Source of the DNA: Candidatus Nanopelagicales bacterium
GTDB lineage: Bacteria; Actinomycetota; Actinomycetes; JBEVHX01
DNA: 40,776 nt
Assembly (NCBI GenBank): GCA_040510995.1
Contig: JBEVHX010000128.1
Span: 1-40,776 of the forward strand
Direction: 5' to 3'
Below, in pieces: positions 1-8,733 of this stretch. A model generated the notes under the pieces. That model searched no databases and was not told where the DNA came from. It saw only the letters and a list, made by a program, of their open reading frames with translations. Position 1 is the stretch's first letter. The number at the start of each line of letters is the position of its first letter. The translations under genes and the position numbers were made by a program.

Positions 1-1500
1 CGCGAAGCGCTCGAGGCCCTCGGGGAGGGGGCGAGCGTCGAAGTGGGCGGCGCCCAGCTGACCATCTACGACAACGTGCGCCGGGACGGCACCCGCGCCT
101 GGGGCGACCTGTGCCGCGGCCCGCACGTGCCGACAACTCGGCACATCCCGGCGTTCAAGCTGAGCCGGTCGGCGGCCGCATACTGGCGTGGCTCGGAGAA
201 GAACCCGCAGCTGCAGCGCATTTACGGCACCGCCTGGGAGAGCAAGGAGGCGCTCAAAGCGCACCTCGACTTTCTGGCCGAGGCCGAGAAGCGCGACCAC
301 CGCAAGCTCGGTGCGGAGCTCGACCTGTACTCCTTCCCCGACGAGATCGGCTCCGGGCTCGCGGTCTTCCACCCCAAGGGCGGGGTCATCAAGCGCGTGA
401 TGGAGGACTACGTCCGAGCGCGGCACCTCGAGGAGGGCTTCGAGTACGTCGGGACCCCGCACATCGCCAAGCAGGGGCTGTTCGAGACCTCCGGGCACCT
501 GCCCTACTACGCGGACACGATGTTCCCGCCGATCTCGATGGAGGGCAGCGACTACTACCTCAAGGCCATGAACTGCCCGATGCACAACCTCATCTACCAG
601 TCGCGCGGGCGGTCGTACCGCGAGCTGCCGATCCGGTTGTTCGAGTTCGGAACCGTCTACCGCTTCGAGAAGTCCGGCGTCGTGCACGGTTTGACCAGGG
701 TGCGTGGCCTCACCATGGACGACTCGCACTCGTACGTCATGCCGGAGCAGGCCGAGGATGAGATCAAGCACCTGCTGCGCTTCGTCCTGGGGCTGCTCGA
801 GGACTTCGGTCTCTCCGACTTCTATCTGGAGCTGTCGACTCGCGATCCGGAGTCGGACAAGTTCATCGGCACCGAGGAGCAGTGGGAGGTCGCGACTCGC
901 ATCCTCGAGGACGCGGCGACCGAGACCGGCCTGGAACTGATTCCCGATCCCGGTGGCGCGGCGTTCTACGGCCCGAAGATCTCGGTGCAGGCCCGAGACG
1001 CGATCGGCCGTACCTGGCAGATGTCCACTGTGCAGTACGACTTCAACCAGCCGGCGCGATTCGGCTTGGAGTACCAGGCGGCCGACGGCTCGCGGCAGCA
1101 GCCGGTGATGATCCACTCCGCGAAGTTCGGGTCGATCGAGCGCTTCATGGGCGTGCTCGTCGAGCACTATGCGGGCGCCTTCCCGCCCTGGTTGGCGCCG
1201 GTGCAGGTGGTCGGCATCCCGATCACCGACGAGCACGTCGGGTACTTGTCGTCGGTTGCGGATCGGTTGCGCGCAGAGGGGATTCGGGTCGAGGTCGACT
1301 CTTCGGACGACCGCATGCAGAAGAAGATCCGCAACGCACAGAAGCAAAAGGTGCCGTTCATGCTGCTCGCCGGCGACGACGATGTCGGTCGGGACGCGGT
1401 GTCGTTCCGCTACCGGTCGGGCGAGCAGAAGAACGGCGTGCCGGTCGACGATGCGATCGCCGAGATCGTGCAGGCCGTGCGCGACCGGGTGCAGGTCTGA
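1..1500 (+). CDS. thrS: Threonine--tRNA ligase, C-terminal ~500 aa (5' end lies outside the window)
   Basis: Frame 1 is open from base 1. The translation contains class II aaRS / ThrRS-typical stretches ([69 protein letters not shown]). The C-terminal anticodon-binding region has [10 protein letters not shown]. The position upstream of the HIT-pgsA-pimA block matches known actinobacterial synteny. Confidence 0.95.
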   Translation, partial: REALEALGEGASVEVGGAQLTIYDNVRRDGTRAWGDLCRGPHVPTTRHIPAFKLSRSAAAYWRGSEKNPQLQRIYGTAWESKEALKAHLDFLAEAEKRDHRKLGAELDLYSFPDEIGSGLAVFHPKGGVIKRVMEDYVRARHLEEGFEYVGTPHIAKQGLFETSGHLPYYADTMFPPISMEGSDYYLKAMNCPMHNLIYQSRGRSYRELPIRLFEFGTVYRFEKSGVVHGLTRVRGLTMDDSHSYVMPEQAEDEIKHLLRFVLGLLEDFGLSDFYLELSTRDPESDKFIGTEEQWEVATRILEDAATETGLELIPDPGGAAFYGPKISVQARDAIGRTWQMSTVQYDFNQPARFGLEYQAADGSRQQPVMIHSAKFGSIERFMGVLVEHYAGAFPPWLAPVQVVGIPITDEHVGYLSSVADRLRAEGIRVEVDSSDDRMQKKIRNAQKQKVPFMLLAGDDDVGRDAVSFRYRSGEQKNGVPVDDAIAEIVQAVRDRVQV

Positions 1501-1503
1501 ACG

Positions 1504-2025
1504 TTGTCCGACCCGGATGGTCTGGAGCGGCTGTACACGCCTCATCGGATGGCCTATATCAAGGGCGAAGGCAAGCCCGCCGGCGAGGGTGCCAGAGACT
1601 GTCCGTTCTGCCGCGCGCCGTCATTGCCCGACGAGGAGGCGCTGATCGTCGCACGCGGTTCTGCGGTGTATGCGGTGCTGAACCTGTACCCGTACAACAC
1701 AGGGCATCTGATGGTCTGCCCGTACAGGCACCTGCCCGACTACACCGATCTCACGACGGCCGAGGTGGCCGAGCTCGGCGCATACACTCAGGCCGCGATG
1801 CGTGTTGTGCGCTCGGTATCCGGGCCACAGGGCTTCAACATCGGGATGAACCAGGGATCGGTGGCGGGTGCCGGGATCGCGGGGCACTTGCACCAGCACG
1901 TGGTGCCGCGTTGGGGCGGCGACACGAACTTCATGCCGGTGGTCGCCCGGACGAAGGTGCTGCCGCAGGAGCTGCCCGAGACGCGTCGGCTGTTGGCGCA
2001 GGCATGGGCAAGGATTGACGCGTGA
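1504..2025 (+). CDS. HIT-family nucleotide hydrolase/transferase (Ap4A phosphorylase / GalT-like branch)
   Basis: Histidine-triad motif HLHQHVVPRW near the C-terminus. The conserved N-terminal LERLYTPHRMAYI forces the TTG start at 1504, the only start after the thrS stop at 1498-1500. The gene sits directly downstream of thrS, as does Rv2613c in M. tuberculosis (from memory). Confidence 0.85.
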   Translation: MSDPDGLERLYTPHRMAYIKGEGKPAGEGARDCPFCRAPSLPDEEALIVARGSAVYAVLNLYPYNTGHLMVCPYRHLPDYTDLTTAEVAELGAYTQAAMRVVRSVSGPQGFNIGMNQGSVAGAGIAGHLHQHVVPRWGGDTNFMPVVARTKVLPQELPETRRLLAQAWARIDA

Positions 2026-2441
2026 AGGGCGACTCGACTCGAACCCGGCCGGTGCTGATCTACGACGGAGACTGCGCCATTTGCACGCGCTGCGTCGAGT
2101 TCATGGAGAAGTACATCCCGTTCAAGCCCGTCGTCGACGCCTGGCAGTTCGCAGACCTGGAGTCACTCGGGCTGACGCAGGCCGAGTGCGAGAAGGCCGT
2201 CCAGTGGGTTGAGCCCAACGGCCAGAAGCGGGCCGGTGCCGCCGCGGTCGGGATGCTGCTCGTGCGGTGCGGGCTGCCGTGGTCACTCCTCGGCTGGCCG
2301 TGCCTGATCCCGCCGCTGTCGTGGGTCGCGGAAGGCGCATACCGGCTCATCGCCGCCAACCGGCACCGGCTGCCGGGTGGAACCCCGGCGTGCTCGATGC
2401 CGGCGCACCTACGTCCGGGCGCGTCCGACCGCGCCGCGTAG
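2022..2441 (+). CDS. DCC-family (DUF393) thiol-disulfide oxidoreductase
   Basis: N-terminal LIYDGDCAICTRCVEF carries the D-x-x-C-x-x-C signature of the DCC1-like family. The C-terminal YRLIAANRHRL is typical of the family. The GTG start at 2022 overlaps the HIT stop (GTGA). Confidence 0.8.
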   Translation: MKGDSTRTRPVLIYDGDCAICTRCVEFMEKYIPFKPVVDAWQFADLESLGLTQAECEKAVQWVEPNGQKRAGAAAVGMLLVRCGLPWSLLGWPCLIPPLSWVAEGAYRLIAANRHRLPGGTPACSMPAHLRPGASDRAA

Positions 2442-2454
2442 CTCGTTGCGGATG

Positions 2455-3324
2455 CTATGCGGGGACGGGCTCGGCGGGACGAGGTGCAGCCGGGACCGTG
2501 GGGGTGCGTACGAACCGCGAAGGGATCACGCGCTCCAGCGGCAGGAACGACAGCAGCGCCACCAGGTGCGGGAAGAAGATGATCGTGATGCCCATGAACG
2601 TCGCGATGTGGAAGGCGAACAGCCCGGCAACGATGAGGTACTGCCATCGTGCCTTCAGGAACAGCAGCACCGGCGAGGTCAACTCCATGATCATGATGAA
2701 CCATTGCGTGGCGCGCAGGGTCCACGGGTGGTCGAGCAGGGGCAGCGCGAGCTCGGTTCCGCGCCGGACCACCGACCGGGCGACCGTCGCCCCGTTGAAC
2801 CAGGCGAGCCCGCCGTACCGCAGCTTGGCCAGCCCGGCCAGGAAGTACGTCGCTACCGCGCCGATCTGCACCATTCGCAGCGCCCAGCCGGCCGCCTCGG
2901 ACGGCGAGCGGTCGCGGACCGAGGCGCGGCCGACGGTGGGGAGCACGAACAGCAGGAGCATGAAGCCGAACCGGTCGTGGTCGACCTTGCCGTACGACAT
3001 CGAGACGATCATCCACTGGAGGTAGAGGACCGCCACGAACCAACCGACCAGGCGTGGGAAGCGCCCGGTCAGGCCGATCAGCGAACCGACGACGAGGCCG
3101 CCGATGAGGATGTCGACGAGCAACGGCGTCGGCGTTGGCAGCGGGAGAGCCCGTCCGATCCAGAGCGGCGCGTACCACTCCGCGTCCAGCTCCCCATGCC
3201 CGACGCCCCACGGACGTAGGTACAGCACGTCGAGGATCAAGAACAGGTATGCGATCAGCCGCAGGACCGCGACCCGGGCCACGGGCAGCGGCGCGAAGAA
3301 CCAGCGTGAGACCGCCGCGGTCAT
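2455..3324 (-). CDS. HTTM-domain (vitamin-K-dependent gamma-carboxylase-like) polytopic membrane protein
   Basis: 289 aa with multiple hydrophobic segments. The N-terminus has the family-typical pattern (ARVAVLRLIAYLFLILDVLY ... YGKVDHDRFGFMLLLFVLPTVG). Its start overlaps the stop of the upstream 148-aa gene by 4 nt. Confidence 0.75.
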   Translation of the reverse strand: MTAAVSRWFFAPLPVARVAVLRLIAYLFLILDVLYLRPWGVGHGELDAEWYAPLWIGRALPLPTPTPLLVDILIGGLVVGSLIGLTGRFPRLVGWFVAVLYLQWMIVSMSYGKVDHDRFGFMLLLFVLPTVGRASVRDRSPSEAAGWALRMVQIGAVATYFLAGLAKLRYGGLAWFNGATVARSVVRRGTELALPLLDHPWTLRATQWFIMIMELTSPVLLFLKARWQYLIVAGLFAFHIATFMGITIIFFPHLVALLSFLPLERVIPSRFVRTPTVPAAPRPAEPVPA

Positions 3325-3767
3325 CGGGGTCTCTCCCAGGTGACCACAACCTCATGGACGACATCGCCGACCGGCACCGAGTCCTCGAGGTGCTGGATGT
3401 TGCGGATCACCCGTACCCCGGTCCACGACGCACCGTCCGGATCGAGCCGCACATGCGACTCGGCCAGCATCCGGAGCATCTCGGGGTTGTCGATGACGCG
3501 GTCGATCTGGCCCTCGAGCTCGGCACGGTTGATGCCCACGTTCGTCGGGCTCAGGGCTGTGCCCTGCCATTCGCCGAAGCTCAGCTGCTTCTGCAGGGAG
3601 AACCACCGGACGACGCCATCGGGCTTGTTCGCGGTCGCGAACATGCGCATCGGCGCGAACGGGAAGTACTCGTCGTGACCCCAGACCGTCGTGAAGAACA
3701 GCAGGCCGATCACGACCGCGCTGGTCGCGAGCCGCACACGCCTCGCACGGACGGACAGCTGGGTCAC
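3321..3767 (-). CDS. Hypothetical membrane-anchored protein, translationally coupled partner of the HTTM protein
   Basis: 148 aa. It has a basic N-terminus and one hydrophobic helix (RRVRLATSAVVIGLLFFTTVW), followed by a soluble domain. The GTG start is at 3767, with an alternative GTG at 3737. There is a 4-nt overlap with the HTTM gene and a 21-nt gap after the EF-G2 stop. I recognise no catalytic motif. Confidence 0.6.
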   Translation of the reverse strand: MTQLSVRARRVRLATSAVVIGLLFFTTVWGHDEYFPFAPMRMFATANKPDGVVRWFSLQKQLSFGEWQGTALSPTNVGINRAELEGQIDRVIDNPEMLRMLAESHVRLDPDGASWTGVRVIRNIQHLEDSVPVGDVVHEVVVTWERPR

Positions 3768-3788
3768 GGCCGAGAAGTGTAGGTCCCG

Positions 3789-5942
3789 TCAGCTCTTTCC
3801 CTCAGCCGCCTCGGCGGTCAGCTTCGAAGCGACGTGCGACGGCATCGCCTCGTGCCGGACGTAGGTGCGGGTGAAAGTCCCGGTGCCGTGCGACAGCGAC
3901 CGGAGGTCGACCGCGTACCGCGTGACCTCGACTTGCGGGACCTCGGCGCGTACCAAGGTGCGACCGGTGCCGATGGGCTCGGTGCCGACGACGCGCCCGC
4001 GCCGGGAGGACAGGTCGGACATGACCGACCCGACGTACTCGTCGGAGACCAGGACCGCCAGCTCGTCGACCGGCTCGAGCAGGTTCACCGTGGTCGCCTT
4101 CGCGGCCTCCTTCAGGGCCAGCGCGCCGGCGGTCTGGAACGCCATGTCGGAGGAGTCCACCGAGTGCGCTTTGCCGTCGACCAGGGTGACCCGGATGTCG
4201 ACCACGGGATAGCCAGCGCCGACCCCGCGTCCCATCTGGTGCCGCACTCCCTTCTCCACCGACGGGATGAACTGCCGGGGTACCGCGCCGCCGACGACCT
4301 TGTCCACAAACTCGAACCCGGAGCCCTCCGGGAGCGGCTCCACCTCGATGTCGCAGACGGCGTACTGACCGTGACCGCCGGACTGTTTGACGTGCCGGCC
4401 GTGACCCTTCGCCGGAGCACCGAACGTCTCGCGCAGCGACACCCGCAGCGGCACCGAGTCGACCTCGACGCCGTATCGGTTTTTGAGCCGGTCGAGCAGC
4501 ACGTCGACGTGCGCCTCTCCCATGCACCAGAGCACGAGCTGGTTGGTCTCGGCGTTGTTGTCCAGTCGCAGCGTCGGATCCTCGGCGACGAGGCGCTGCA
4601 AACCCTGGGAGAGCTTGTCCTCGTCCGGCTTCGAATGGGCCACGATCGCGACCGGGAGCAGCGGCTCGGGCATCAGCCAGGGCTCCATCAAGGCGGGGTC
4701 GTCCTTGTCGGACAGCGTGTCGCCAGTCTCGGCGCGGGCCAGCTTGGCGACCGCGACGATGTCGCCGGCCATCGCGTGCGCGACCGTGCGCTGTGCCTTG
4801 CCCAGCGGCGACGACAGCGCCCCGACTTTCTCGTCGACGTCGTGGTCCTCGTGACCGCGATCCTCGAGGCCGTGCCCTGACACGTGCACCGTCTCGTCCG
4901 GCCGGATCGTGCCAGAGAAGACTCGGACCAGCGAGATTCGGCCGACGTACGGGTCGCTCGTCGTCTTGACGATCTCGGCGACCAGCGGCCCGGCCGGGTC
5001 GGTGCTGAGCGGTTCTTTGGGCTTCCCCTCCGGGGTGGTCACGGCCGGCAGCCCGTGCTCGAGCGGCGAGGGTAAGCCGCGGGTCACGACCTCGAGCAGC
5101 TCGGCCATCCCAATCCCCGCCGGTGAGGCGACCGCCAGCACGGGAAAGAACGACCCTCGAGTGACCGCCTTCTCGAGGTCCTCGATCAGGGTGTCGACCT
5201 CGATCGGCTCGCCCGCGAGGTAGCGGTCCATCAGAGTCTCGTCCTCGGACTCCGCGATGATCCCCTCGATCAACGAGTTGCGGGCGCTCTCGATGAGCGG
5301 CAGGTGCTCGGGGTCCGGGTCCTTCTGCACACGCGCGGCGCCGGAGTAGTCGTAGACCTGCTGCGACAGCAGGCCGATCAGGCCGCCGAGCGACTCGTCG
5401 TCCCTGGCCAGCGGCAGGTAGAGCGGCAGGACCCCGTCGCCGAAGACCCGCTGGCAGATCGCGACGATCTGGTCGAAGTCGGCCCGCTCCTTGTCCAGTT
5501 TGGTGACGACCACAGCCCGCGGCATGCCGACGGCGGCGCACTCCTCCCACAGCATCTGTGTCGTGCCGTCCACGCCGTCCACGGCTGAGACCACGAACAG
5601 GGCGGCGTCTGCCGCCCGCAGGCCGGCCCGCAGGTCGCCGACGAAGTCCGCGTACCCGGGGGTGTCGAGCAAGTTGACCTTGTAGCCGTCGTACTCGAAC
5701 GGCGCTACAGCCAGTGACACCGAACGCTGCTGTCGCAGCTCCGCGTCGTCGAAGTCGCTGGTCGTCGTGCCGTCCTCGACGCGACCGGCGCGAGGAATCG
5801 TCCCGGTCGCCACGAGGAGGGCCTCCACGAGCGTCGTCTTCCCGGCTCCCGTATGGCCGACCAGCGCGACGTTGCGAATCTTCTCCGGCCGGTCGGCCAC
5901 CGGTGCCCTGCCGGCGGCTCCTGCGGTTTCCTTCGCGGCCAT
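3789..5942 (-). CDS. fusA2: Elongation factor G paralogue (EF-G2-like translational GTPase)
   Basis: G1 GHTGAGKTT, G3 DTPGYADF, and a G4-position TKLD in place of NKxD. Full five-domain EF-G length (717 aa). The start is moved to the ATG at 5942 because AAGGAGG lies 6 nt upstream; the 5975 start in the ORF track adds a non-conserved extension. The position beside pgsA matches Streptomyces synteny (from memory). Confidence 0.9.
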   Translation of the reverse strand: MAAKETAGAAGRAPVADRPEKIRNVALVGHTGAGKTTLVEALLVATGTIPRAGRVEDGTTTSDFDDAELRQQRSVSLAVAPFEYDGYKVNLLDTPGYADFVGDLRAGLRAADAALFVVSAVDGVDGTTQMLWEECAAVGMPRAVVVTKLDKERADFDQIVAICQRVFGDGVLPLYLPLARDDESLGGLIGLLSQQVYDYSGAARVQKDPDPEHLPLIESARNSLIEGIIAESEDETLMDRYLAGEPIEVDTLIEDLEKAVTRGSFFPVLAVASPAGIGMAELLEVVTRGLPSPLEHGLPAVTTPEGKPKEPLSTDPAGPLVAEIVKTTSDPYVGRISLVRVFSGTIRPDETVHVSGHGLEDRGHEDHDVDEKVGALSSPLGKAQRTVAHAMAGDIVAVAKLARAETGDTLSDKDDPALMEPWLMPEPLLPVAIVAHSKPDEDKLSQGLQRLVAEDPTLRLDNNAETNQLVLWCMGEAHVDVLLDRLKNRYGVEVDSVPLRVSLRETFGAPAKGHGRHVKQSGGHGQYAVCDIEVEPLPEGSGFEFVDKVVGGAVPRQFIPSVEKGVRHQMGRGVGAGYPVVDIRVTLVDGKAHSVDSSDMAFQTAGALALKEAAKATTVNLLEPVDELAVLVSDEYVGSVMSDLSSRRGRVVGTEPIGTGRTLVRAEVPQVEVTRYAVDLRSLSHGTGTFTRTYVRHEAMPSHVASKLTAEAAEGKS

Positions 5943-6028
5943 CTGGCCTCCTTCTCGAGGACAACGTGGGGGCAAGCCTGTACCCCCATCGTTGGCGCGG
6001 CAAGGCCTGGCTGCTTCCCGCCCATCGC

Positions 6029-6034
6029 TAGCCT
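6029..6034 (+). promoter_or_regulatory. Putative -10 hexamer (TAGCCT, TANNNT class) for a leaderless pgsA transcript
   Basis: TAGCCT ends 6 nt before the GTG start at 6041 and no Shine-Dalgarno sequence lies between them. This is the geometry typical of actinobacterial leaderless mRNAs. Confidence 0.4.
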
Positions 6035-6040
6035 CTGCTT

Positions 6041-6667
6041 GTGCTGGCTCGTTACGCCAAGGCCTTCTTCAACCGGCTGTTCACGCCGGTGGCTCGGGGG
6101 CTGCTGCGCGCGGGCATCAGCCCCGATGTGATCACGGTCATCGGGACGATCGGCGTCGTGACCGGCTCGCTCGCCTTCTACCCGCGCGGTGAGCTGTTCG
6201 TCGGCACCGTGGTGATCGCCGTGTTCGTCTTCTCGGACACCCTCGACGGGACGATGGCCCGGCTGGCCGGGCGGGCGAGCCGCTGGGGTGCCTTCCTCGA
6301 CTCGACCCTGGACCGGATCGGCGACGGTGCGGTCTTCGGCGGACTCGTGCTGTGGTTCGCCGGCGACGGGGACGAGCCATTGCTTGCCTGGCTTGCGCTG
6401 GCAGGTCTCGTGTTCGGGTTCGTGGTTTCCTATGCGCGCGCTCGCGCGGAGGGTCTGGGTCTGCGCGGCGACGTCGGCATCTTCGAACGGAGTGAACGCC
6501 TGGTGACCGTGCTGGTCGCGACCGGGCTGTCCGGGCTCGGCGTGCCGTACATCCTCGAGATCGCGTTGTGGGCGGTCGCGCTCCTGTCGGTGGTCACCAT
6601 GGTGCAGCGCATGGTGTACGTCCGTCGGCAGATTGACTTCTCGGCGCGTGAGGACCCCGCGGCGTGA
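6041..6667 (+). CDS. pgsA: CDP-alcohol phosphatidyltransferase (phosphatidylinositol phosphate synthase type)
   Basis: CDP-alcohol phosphotransferase motif DTLDGTMAR...G.FLDSTLDRIGD. Multiple TM segments. Placed upstream of the acyltransferase and pimA, as in the mycobacterial PI/PIM locus. Confidence 0.9.
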   Translation: MLARYAKAFFNRLFTPVARGLLRAGISPDVITVIGTIGVVTGSLAFYPRGELFVGTVVIAVFVFSDTLDGTMARLAGRASRWGAFLDSTLDRIGDGAVFGGLVLWFAGDGDEPLLAWLALAGLVFGFVVSYARARAEGLGLRGDVGIFERSERLVTVLVATGLSGLGVPYILEIALWAVALLSVVTMVQRMVYVRRQIDFSAREDPAA

Positions 6668-7560
6668 GGGACGAGGTCTCCGACCGGGCCTATGCAGCCG
6701 GCTGGGCGCTGGTCAAACGGATGCCCGAGCGGATGGCCCGGGCGACGTTCAACGGGTTGGCCGAACAGGTGTGGCGGCGGCGCGGTACGGGCGTCCAGCA
6801 GCTGGAGCGCAACCTGCGCCGGGTAGTCGGGCCGCACACGTCCCACCAGGATCTGCGACGCCTGTCTCACCGGGCCGTGGAGTCGTACTTCAGGTACTGG
6901 CGGGAGGCGTTCCGGCTACCCAACCTCAGCCCGCAGCAGATCGTCTCGACCATCGAGGTCGACGGTCAGGAGCACATGCGGGCCGCGATCGCCGCCGGCC
7001 GCGGCCTGCTGATCGTGCTGCCGCACAGCGGCAACTGGGACCACGCTGGCGCGTGGGCCACGATCGACTACATGCCGTTGACCACGGTGGCTGAACGGCT
7101 CAAGCCGGAGTCGCTGTATGAGCGGTTCCTCGACTACCGCCGCAGCCTGGGCATGGAGGTCCTCGCGCTCGGCGACCGCATGGTGCTGCCGACATTGCGC
7201 CGCCGACTGAATGACGGCGGCATGGTCTGCCTGCTCGCCGACCGCGACCTCAGCGCCAGCGGCATCCAGGTCGAGTTCTTCGGCGAGCCCACGAAGATGC
7301 CGGCCGGACCGGCCTTGCTGGCGTACGAGACGGGGGCGGACCTGATGCCGGCGTCGCTGTGGTACGAGCCCGATCGCAGCCGCGTTCGGATTCACCCGCC
7401 CGTGCTCCTCGATCGCGCTGCCCCTCGAGCCGGGGTGGTCCGGGAAGCGACGCAGGTGGTGGCCGATGCCTTCGCGAAGGGGATTGCGGAGCATCCCGAG
7501 GACTGGCACATGCTGCAGCGGCTGTGGCTGACGGACCTGCCTCCGAGGCCCGCACCGTGA
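6664..7560 (+). CDS. patA: Lauroyl/myristoyl (LpxL/HtrB-like) acyltransferase, probable phosphatidylinositol-mannoside acyltransferase
   Basis: HSGNWD acyltransferase H-x4-D-like motif, and a lysophospholipid acyltransferase-like length. GTGA overlap with pgsA at the 5' end and with pimA at the 3' end. The functional call rests on synteny with Rv2611c (from memory). Confidence 0.75.
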   Translation: MRDEVSDRAYAAGWALVKRMPERMARATFNGLAEQVWRRRGTGVQQLERNLRRVVGPHTSHQDLRRLSHRAVESYFRYWREAFRLPNLSPQQIVSTIEVDGQEHMRAAIAAGRGLLIVLPHSGNWDHAGAWATIDYMPLTTVAERLKPESLYERFLDYRRSLGMEVLALGDRMVLPTLRRRLNDGGMVCLLADRDLSASGIQVEFFGEPTKMPAGPALLAYETGADLMPASLWYEPDRSRVRIHPPVLLDRAAPRAGVVREATQVVADAFAKGIAEHPEDWHMLQRLWLTDLPPRPAP

Positions 7561-8726
7561 GAATTGGCTTGGTCTGCCCATACGACTGGGGAGTCCCCGG
7601 CGGAGTCCAAGCGCACGTGCGCGACCTCGCCGTCGAGCTGATGCGCCAAGGCCACTCGGTCTCGGTCCTGGCGCCGGCAGACGATGACGACGAGGTGCCG
7701 CCATACGTCGTGAGTACCGGTCGAGCCGTGCCTGTCCCGTACAACGGCTCGGTCGCGCGGCTCGCGTTCGGCCCGCGGACCGCCTCGCGGGTGCGCAAGT
7801 GGATCCGCGAGGGCGAGTTCGATGTGCTGCATGTGCACGAGCCGGCCAGCCCCTCGTTGTCATTGCTGGCGACGTGGGCGGCGCTGGGCCCGATCGTGGC
7901 CACCTTTCACATGTCGGGGCGGTCGCGGGCCATGTCGGCGTTCTACGGGATGCTGCAGACGGCGCTCGAGAAGATCAGCGCGCGGATCGCGGTGAGCGAG
8001 TACGCACGGACCACGCTGGTCAGCCATCTCGGCGGCGACGCGGTGCTGATCCCGAACGGCGTGGACGTGCGAAGGTTCACCGCGGGGGAGCCGTTGCCCG
8101 GCTGGCCAGGGTCGAGTGGGGCACTCGGGTTCCTGGGCCGGATGGACGAGCCGCGCAAGGGACTGCCAGTGCTGCTGTCCGCCTTCGTGGAGCTGGCCCC
8201 TCGGCGGCCCGGCCTGCGCCTCCTGCTCGCAGGCCCCGGCGACGCCGCAGACGTCTACGACGAGCTACCGAAGGACCTGCGCGCCCGGGTGACCTGCCTC
8301 GGCACGGTCAGCGAACAGGACAAGGTGCGGATGCTCCGATCGGTGGACATCTACGTCGCACCGAACACCGGAGGCGAGTCCTTCGGCATCGTGCTGCTCG
8401 AGGCGATGGCCGCGGGAACGCCGGTGCTCGCCAGCGACCTGGATGCATTCGCCCGGGTCCTGGACAACGGCCGGGCCGGGGTGCTGTTCCCGAACGAGGA
8501 CTCGTCGGCGCTTGCGAAAGCGGCCGACGAACTGCTCGACGACCAGCGGACCCGCGCCGAGCTGGTCGCCGCGGGCGCCTCCGTCGTGCACCGCTACGAC
8601 TGGGCAACGGTCGCCCAGCGGGTGCAGGCGGTCTACGAGACCGTGGTCTCTCCGGGGATCACCGTGGTCGAGGACAACCACGGGCAGGCCCTCGGTCGCT
8701 TCACCCGGCTGCGAGAGGAGGCGTGA
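7557..8726 (+). CDS. pimA: GT4-family glycosyltransferase, GDP-mannose-dependent alpha-mannosyltransferase PimA
   Basis: The N-terminus VRIGLVCPYDWGVPGGVQAHVRDLAVELMRQGHSVSVLAP closely resembles mycobacterial PimA. The C-terminal E-x7-E region is GESFGIVLLEAMAAGTPV. The GTG at 7557 overlaps the upstream stop; the 7359 start in the ORF track runs through patA coding sequence. Confidence 0.9.
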   Translation: MRIGLVCPYDWGVPGGVQAHVRDLAVELMRQGHSVSVLAPADDDDEVPPYVVSTGRAVPVPYNGSVARLAFGPRTASRVRKWIREGEFDVLHVHEPASPSLSLLATWAALGPIVATFHMSGRSRAMSAFYGMLQTALEKISARIAVSEYARTTLVSHLGGDAVLIPNGVDVRRFTAGEPLPGWPGSSGALGFLGRMDEPRKGLPVLLSAFVELAPRRPGLRLLLAGPGDAADVYDELPKDLRARVTCLGTVSEQDKVRMLRSVDIYVAPNTGGESFGIVLLEAMAAGTPVLASDLDAFARVLDNGRAGVLFPNEDSSALAKAADELLDDQRTRAELVAAGASVVHRYDWATVAQRVQAVYETVVSPGITVVEDNHGQALGRFTRLREEA

Positions 8727-8733
8727 CGCGCCC

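Noticed and set aside
2060-3364. 434-aa minus-strand ORF overlapping the DCC and HTTM genes in another frame
   Set aside because: It is an Arg/Pro/Ala-rich translation. The alternative frames give a clean DCC protein (+) and a hydrophobic multi-TM HTTM protein (-) with coupled start and stop codons.
7359-7556. Long N-terminal extensions implied by the ORF-track starts for pimA (7359), secF (16767), ruvC (12664), ruvA (13059), aroK (37500), aroB (38027), aroQ (38947), the minus-strand GNAT (28583), the protease (35813) and fusA2 (5975)
   Set aside because: Each extension runs through the coding region of the upstream gene and lacks similarity to the family N-terminus. In-frame internal starts that overlap the upstream stop (GTGA/ATGA/TGATG), or that follow an RBS or -10 element, reproduce the conserved N-termini.
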